From positions 26,859 through 90,858 of the forward strand of contig PFWT01000007.1 in NCBI GenBank assembly GCA_002791275.1: 64,000 nt of DNA. The letters run 5' to 3'. This document shows, one piece after another, positions 59,204 to 64,000 of the stretch (its first letter is position 1; each line of letters begins with the position of its first letter). The stretch comes from Candidatus Uhrbacteria bacterium CG_4_9_14_3_um_filter_41_35 (lineage in GTDB: Bacteria; Patescibacteriota; Patescibacteriia; UBA9934). Under the pieces are notes generated by a model. The model worked only from the letters and a program-made list of their open reading frames with translations. It made no database searches and was not told the origin of the DNA. The translations under genes and the position numbers were made by a program.

Positions 59204-60133
59204 ATGGATTCCGAAAACTCGGCTATATGCCCCACTTACCGCCTCTATCAGACCAACCCCTACAACATCGGTACGCTAGTTAATAACGTCTTAGCCGAAC
59301 ATGCTCGGCTTCAGGAGCTCTTCGGAAGAGTACTTCAAACGCCCTCTGTGTATATTCCAGGTCGATTGAAAGGCGTACCTGGCAAGAAGATTCTGCATGC
59401 TTTTACCGAGGTTGGGATTTATGCCCAGGATCTACCGGTCTCGAGCGTGCGGGCTTCGATCATGAACCTAGCCGCAAAAGACATCGCGACCAGGTTTGGG
59501 AGTGAAGCAGTCGTGTTCTTCTTGAACCCGCGCGCCAGTGCTGAACGTCTCGATAACGATGCTGTTCAGCAGGTACTGTCCGCTCTCCGCACCCCCGGTG
59601 TGCATGAAGTTGGAGTCTGGGCTGGTCAAAACCCGCAACACGCCTATGTTGGTGCTGGTTTTGTAGACGCTGGCACCGCATTATATCGCGCTTCGAATCT
59701 GCTCGACCGCCCCTTCGACCCCATCACCGACGACCCCGAGTCTGGCGCGCCAAGCTGGCAAGTCCGTGATCTTGTGTCGAAGGAGTCTTACAACCTCTGC
59801 GGGGCTGAAGACGCACTTCGGAAGTCCGTTTTCCGAAGTCTTGCCATCGTCAGCACGGCTGGCAAGCTTTATGGCAACGACATTATGAGTGGCGGGAACG
59901 ATACCCTCCACTGGTTCAAGCTCACCAGGGCCTGGCTCCTATGGCTCGCGAGCTTCGAGCAAGAACCTGTCGGGCTCTGGCTAAACGAGATTAGTCTTGA
60001 AGCGCGGACGGACAGTTTTAATCACTTCGTCAGAGATCACCTCCGAGGTGTTCACCCTAAGTGGCAAGACGAAGCTGAAAAGGTTGCGCGCGCTATACAG
60101 CTTCTCAACTACGAGGTTTATCTCAAGGCTTAG
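59204..60133 (+). CDS. Hypothetical protein (GC-richer orphan)
   Basis: 309-aa ORF with GAGGAGG SD; hairpin right after stop. Confidence 0.7.
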   Translation: MDSENSAICPTYRLYQTNPYNIGTLVNNVLAEHARLQELFGRVLQTPSVYIPGRLKGVPGKKILHAFTEVGIYAQDLPVSSVRASIMNLAAKDIATRFGSEAVVFFLNPRASAERLDNDAVQQVLSALRTPGVHEVGVWAGQNPQHAYVGAGFVDAGTALYRASNLLDRPFDPITDDPESGAPSWQVRDLVSKESYNLCGAEDALRKSVFRSLAIVSTAGKLYGNDIMSGGNDTLHWFKLTRAWLLWLASFEQEPVGLWLNEISLEARTDSFNHFVRDHLRGVHPKWQDEAEKVARAIQLLNYEVYLKA

Positions 60134-60195
60134 ACTTGTCGAGGCTAAGCCTTACCAATTCTGCCGTATTACCATCCTGGTGCCGCGGCTATTTT

Positions 60196-61062
60196 TTATA
60201 AATCAAACAATTCAACTTGCGGTTCACCGCCGTCTAGCAAAACTCGAATATCACCGTCTTTATCCGTTCTTAAAATTAATGCTCCGATCCGTTTTAATCT
60301 ATCAACAATAATTGGGTGTGGATGACCGTAATCGTTACCCTCTCCCACCGAAATAAGCGCGTAGTTAGGTGTAATTGTATTCAGTAATTCAATAGATGTT
60401 GAAGTAAGACTGCCGTGATGACCAACCTTTAATACATCGATATGAGGCAAATCCTCTAAAATTTGTAGTTCATTTTCATCTTCAAAATCTCCGGTAATCA
60501 ACATATTTGTGTTACCGAAAGTAAACAGCGTTACCACATTTCCGTTGTGAACGTTTGGCAAGCGTTGATCTATTAAATCGAAAGTTGGCCACATCACCTC
60601 AAGCTCAGCTCCAAGACCAAGATCCACTTTCTTCCCAGCCTGCACACCATTCTCTCGACCAGCCTTCAGTGCCTGATAATACTCAAACACGTCTGAACCA
60701 TATTCCTGACCACTATCCCAAACCTCGGCTACATCGTACCTTTCGAGAACTTTCACCAAACCAGTTACGTGGTCAGAGTGTGGGTGCGTGTTGATAATCA
60801 GATCTATACTGTGGTCCCAAAATGGCATAACTGCCGATAGTTTCTCTAATATTTGTCCATCAGGTCCACCATCAATGAGCACCTGTTTGTCTGGCGCGTC
60901 AATAAAAATCGCGTCCCCCTGACCAATATCAAAGACCCAAATAACAATTCTATCATTGTTAAAAGTCGTGCCCGAAGCTGAACTTTGAGCAATGAGTGAG
61001 CCAATAATCAAAATAAGTAGACTTACTATTGCTTTGAAGTTTTTCTGGAAAGTTTGCGCCAT
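60196..61062 (-). CDS. ComEC-associated metallo-beta-lactamase-fold protein
   Basis: DIGQGDA, THPHSDH, KVGHHGS, YGHPH. Confidence 0.9.
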   Translation of the reverse strand: MAQTFQKNFKAIVSLLILIIGSLIAQSSASGTTFNNDRIVIWVFDIGQGDAIFIDAPDKQVLIDGGPDGQILEKLSAVMPFWDHSIDLIINTHPHSDHVTGLVKVLERYDVAEVWDSGQEYGSDVFEYYQALKAGRENGVQAGKKVDLGLGAELEVMWPTFDLIDQRLPNVHNGNVVTLFTFGNTNMLITGDFEDENELQILEDLPHIDVLKVGHHGSLTSTSIELLNTITPNYALISVGEGNDYGHPHPIIVDRLKRIGALILRTDKDGDIRVLLDGGEPQVELFDL

Positions 61063-62354
61063 GTGTAAGCAATTAAGAGTATAGAGAAGATCGTGAGTAA
61101 TAATTTTGTTGATGAAGGAATTAAGATCGTGGCATAAGGCAATTGCGCTAGCGCATCAATCATAATAAGCTCTAAATTCAATAAAGCCCAGGCTGGTGCC
61201 GAAGCGATGTAGGCCAAAACTGGGTTTACATAACTCAAAACCACGGCAATACTGCCAAAAAACATTGTCGCTGGTAAAAATGAAAGTACAAATAAATTGG
61301 CAATTGGCCCCAAAATTGATAGTTGACCGAAACTTAAAAAAATAATCGGTAAGGCAAAAAAGGTTGCTGAAAGCGTTGAAGTAATTGATTCTCTAATTGA
61401 AAAATCTTCGGGGATAAACTTCAGTTTTTGTTCAAGCAGTGGTGCAAAGTAGATAAGCGCGATCGTTGAGAACATTGAGAGCTCAAAGCCGATGTCGTCA
61501 CGCATAAGTCTGGGGTTTATGAAAAGCATCGTACTCGCTGTCACAAGCAGTACATTAACCATGGTTGTTTTCCGGCCAAATTGTTGTGATAGTAAAACTA
61601 AAACCCCCATCACTCCCGCCCGGACAACCGGTGCATCAGCGCCCGCCAAAATTACGTACACAATTATCGACGCCAAAATCAGAGAAAAAGCTCGCGGTCT
61701 GCGTAAACCCAAATAAGTAAGCAGTCCGAACATAATTGCCGAAACAACTGCGACGTTATAACCACTCGCGGCGACGATGTGCGATGTACCGGTGCGTTGA
61801 AATTTTTCGTCCCAGGCGCTCGTAAATCGTTTTTCACCAACCAACAAACCCGCCAAAAGTGAAGCCTGCGGTTCACCGAAAGTTGAGTCCAGGTGTTTAA
61901 TAAAATTTTTGCGGACACTTAGTAGTTTTGTTCTAAAGGTTGGTTTTGCGTAGCCAATTACCAGTGGAGCTTCTTTTAAAAAACAAGTTGCGTAAACGTT
62001 TTTAGAAGCTAGAAATCGATCGTAACGAAAACCATTAAATGGTTCTGGTTTCTCCAAGTTACACCTGAACACAATTTTCTCACCAATCGAAAGCGGTGGA
62101 AAAGCTGGTGATAATATAAGTGTTCGCGCCTCGGAATTTATGCGTTCATCATTTACATGAACATCTCTAAGCGTAATCTTTTGGTAGCGCTCCGTATTCT
62201 CAACCTGCCAGATCTCGCCACTCACCCGTTCCGATGCCTTGTCAAAAATATAAGCACCGTCGCCAGGTTCGCTAAACGCGACTGACCAGATAGCGACACT
62301 AACTAAAAAGATGGAGCAAGTCCATCTCAATATTACTGAACCGGTGGTTGCCAT
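61026..62354 (-). CDS. comEC: ComEC/Rec2 competence channel protein
   Basis: GTSHIVAASGYN, PVVRAGVM, DIGFELS. Confidence 0.9.
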   Translation of the reverse strand: MATTGSVILRWTCSIFLVSVAIWSVAFSEPGDGAYIFDKASERVSGEIWQVENTERYQKITLRDVHVNDERINSEARTLILSPAFPPLSIGEKIVFRCNLEKPEPFNGFRYDRFLASKNVYATCFLKEAPLVIGYAKPTFRTKLLSVRKNFIKHLDSTFGEPQASLLAGLLVGEKRFTSAWDEKFQRTGTSHIVAASGYNVAVVSAIMFGLLTYLGLRRPRAFSLILASIIVYVILAGADAPVVRAGVMGVLVLLSQQFGRKTTMVNVLLVTASTMLFINPRLMRDDIGFELSMFSTIALIYFAPLLEQKLKFIPEDFSIRESITSTLSATFFALPIIFLSFGQLSILGPIANLFVLSFLPATMFFGSIAVVLSYVNPVLAYIASAPAWALLNLELIMIDALAQLPYATILIPSSTKLLLTIFSILLIAYTWRKLSRKTSKQ

Positions 62355-63631
62355 AAACCAATACCGTAAACTTCAAAGCCAAGCTCACGAATTTTTTCGT
62401 GAGGTAAATAATTTTTTCCATCAAATAGCAGAGTGCGATTTAGTTTAGCTTTTACCTCCTGCCATGAAGCTTTTTCAAACTCTGGCCATTCGGTTAAAAC
62501 AAGCAGAGCCTCTGCCCCATTAACCGCCTCCATAGCTGAACCCGAAAAAGTTACCGAGTCGTGGAGCAATTCTTTAGCTCTATCCATACCCTGCGGATCA
62601 AAAACTCGGAGTCTTGCGCCTTCGTCCCGAAGTGCCTGTACAATTCTCATCGCTGGCGAGTGACGAACGTCGTCTGTTCCTTTGTTAAAGGTAAGTCCCC
62701 AAACTGCAAGTTCCCTATCCCGAAGTCCGCCAAGTTTTGTGGAGATTTTATTTACAAATCTGAGCGGTTGTTCGTTATTCACGTGAATAATCGGTGCGAT
62801 CAGCTTTGAGGTGTAGCCCGCTCGCACACCAGCATGGTGAAGTGCTAAAACATCTTTCGGAAAACATGAGCCACCAAAACCAGCCGAAGCTCGTAAAAAC
62901 TTTGAACCAATTCGCGGATCTAGACCCACCGCCTCCTCTATCTTTTTAATATCGCCGCCCATGATATCGGCGATATTTGCGATCTCGTTCATGAACGACA
63001 GGCGTAGCGCAAGCATTGAGTTGGCAGTGTATTTAATCATCTGCGCCGTGTTCACGTTTGTTGCAATCACCGGCGCGTCGATGCCAGCGTGCAAACGGCG
63101 CAAGACAGTTTCCGCGGCCTTACTTTCCGTTCCAATCACAATTCGATCCGGGTGCAGAAAATCCCGAACGCTAGTTCCCTGACGTAAAAATTCAGGGTTT
63201 ATACCGATCTGAATATCATTATTACCCAGCCAAGAATGAAAAGCATCACTCGTGCCTGGTGGCACCGTACTTTTTATTACAACAAGTGTTGAAGCATTAA
63301 TAAGTGGTCCGACCTGGTGCAAAACACGCTCGATATAAGATAAATCGCAAGTACCATCGGAATAGCTCGGTGTTTGCACGCACACAAAAACCACGGCCGG
63401 CTTCTCAGCGAGAGCTTCCTTTAGGTTTGTTGTAAATTTAATTTTCTGCTCAGCTCGACCCTTTTCAACAAGTTCCTGCAATCCCTCCTCAAACATTGGC
63501 AGTTCTCCACGATTCAAAGCATCAACCCGATCCTGTAAGAGATCAACACAAAAAACGTCATGCCCCAAATGTGCAAGACACGCCCCCTGCGTTAGCCCAA
63601 CGTAACCCGTTCCAATTACCGAAATTTTCAT
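62333..63631 (-). CDS. ugd: UDP-glucose 6-dehydrogenase
   Basis: IGTGYVGL, KSTVPPG, NPEFLR, GFGGSCFPKD. Confidence 0.93.
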   Translation of the reverse strand: MKISVIGTGYVGLTQGACLAHLGHDVFCVDLLQDRVDALNRGELPMFEEGLQELVEKGRAEQKIKFTTNLKEALAEKPAVVFVCVQTPSYSDGTCDLSYIERVLHQVGPLINASTLVVIKSTVPPGTSDAFHSWLGNNDIQIGINPEFLRQGTSVRDFLHPDRIVIGTESKAAETVLRRLHAGIDAPVIATNVNTAQMIKYTANSMLALRLSFMNEIANIADIMGGDIKKIEEAVGLDPRIGSKFLRASAGFGGSCFPKDVLALHHAGVRAGYTSKLIAPIIHVNNEQPLRFVNKISTKLGGLRDRELAVWGLTFNKGTDDVRHSPAMRIVQALRDEGARLRVFDPQGMDRAKELLHDSVTFSGSAMEAVNGAEALLVLTEWPEFEKASWQEVKAKLNRTLLFDGKNYLPHEKIRELGFEVYGIGLWQPPVQ

Positions 63632-63756
63632 GCCCTTTTCATTATTTAGCTTATTTTAGATAAGCTTATAGACAAAAGCAGTTTCTCGCAAAATCGTAGA
63701 TTAGTCAACCAAACCATAAATTTAGAGGTTTGATCATTACCTGTCACGTAATTAAA

Positions 63757-64000
63757 CTTCTTCGCCGTTATTCACACTAAGCTCGGAATGACAGTTTTGT
63801 TTGTCGTATTTTAATTAGTCGTCCCACACTCATACCGTCATCCTGAAGCTAGCGTCAGATTACGCTGAAGGATCTCATTCGCCCTGTGCTGAACCGGCAT
63901 TTACTTAGTGATTCAGTAATGAGATTCTTCGGTGTGATTCACGTTCACCTCTGAATGACGGTTTGGTTAGATTCTTCGCCGTGGTTCACGCAGGCTCTGG
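63757..64000. repeat. Cluster of GTCATCCTGA...GAAGGATCTC / GAGATTCTTCG...GAATGAC palindromic repeat elements
   Basis: Full inverted pair 63834-63962 plus half copies at ~63757-63793 and ~63969-end. Confidence 0.75.

Overview
Core-chromosome segment of a small-genome bacterium, most consistent with Patescibacteria/CPR (rpmD/uL30 absent from the spc cluster, AT-rich SD-less leaders on housekeeping genes, split ComEC, standard code 11). Almost all genes lie on the - strand: parB/parA, three tRNAs, a MacAB-like exporter, scpAB, a short aspS, recO, ruvX, map, adk, secY, the spc/S10 ribosomal protein cluster, tuf, fusA, rpsG, rpsL, murA, ndk, comEC and ugd. A ~5.3 kb accessory insert with an IS30 remnant splits fusA from tuf. 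The main highlight is a ~20 kb surface-structure locus (35.7-55.4 kb): six paralogous Cys-rich secreted ~320-340 aa subunits, three membrane-anchored Ig-like partner proteins, a local signal peptidase I, a site-2 protease and two O-antigen-ligase/TPR proteins, which together look like an uncharacterised fimbrial/surface-fibre system. Other leads: an unannotated ~270-nt structured ncRNA with its own promoter and terminator (57.4-57.7 kb), a divergent RelA/SpoT-like nucleotidyltransferase, GC-richer orphan genes with shared expression signals, a frameshifted 12-bp VNTR, and an Asp-type MurA. All calls are from reading the sequence; no database searches were run.
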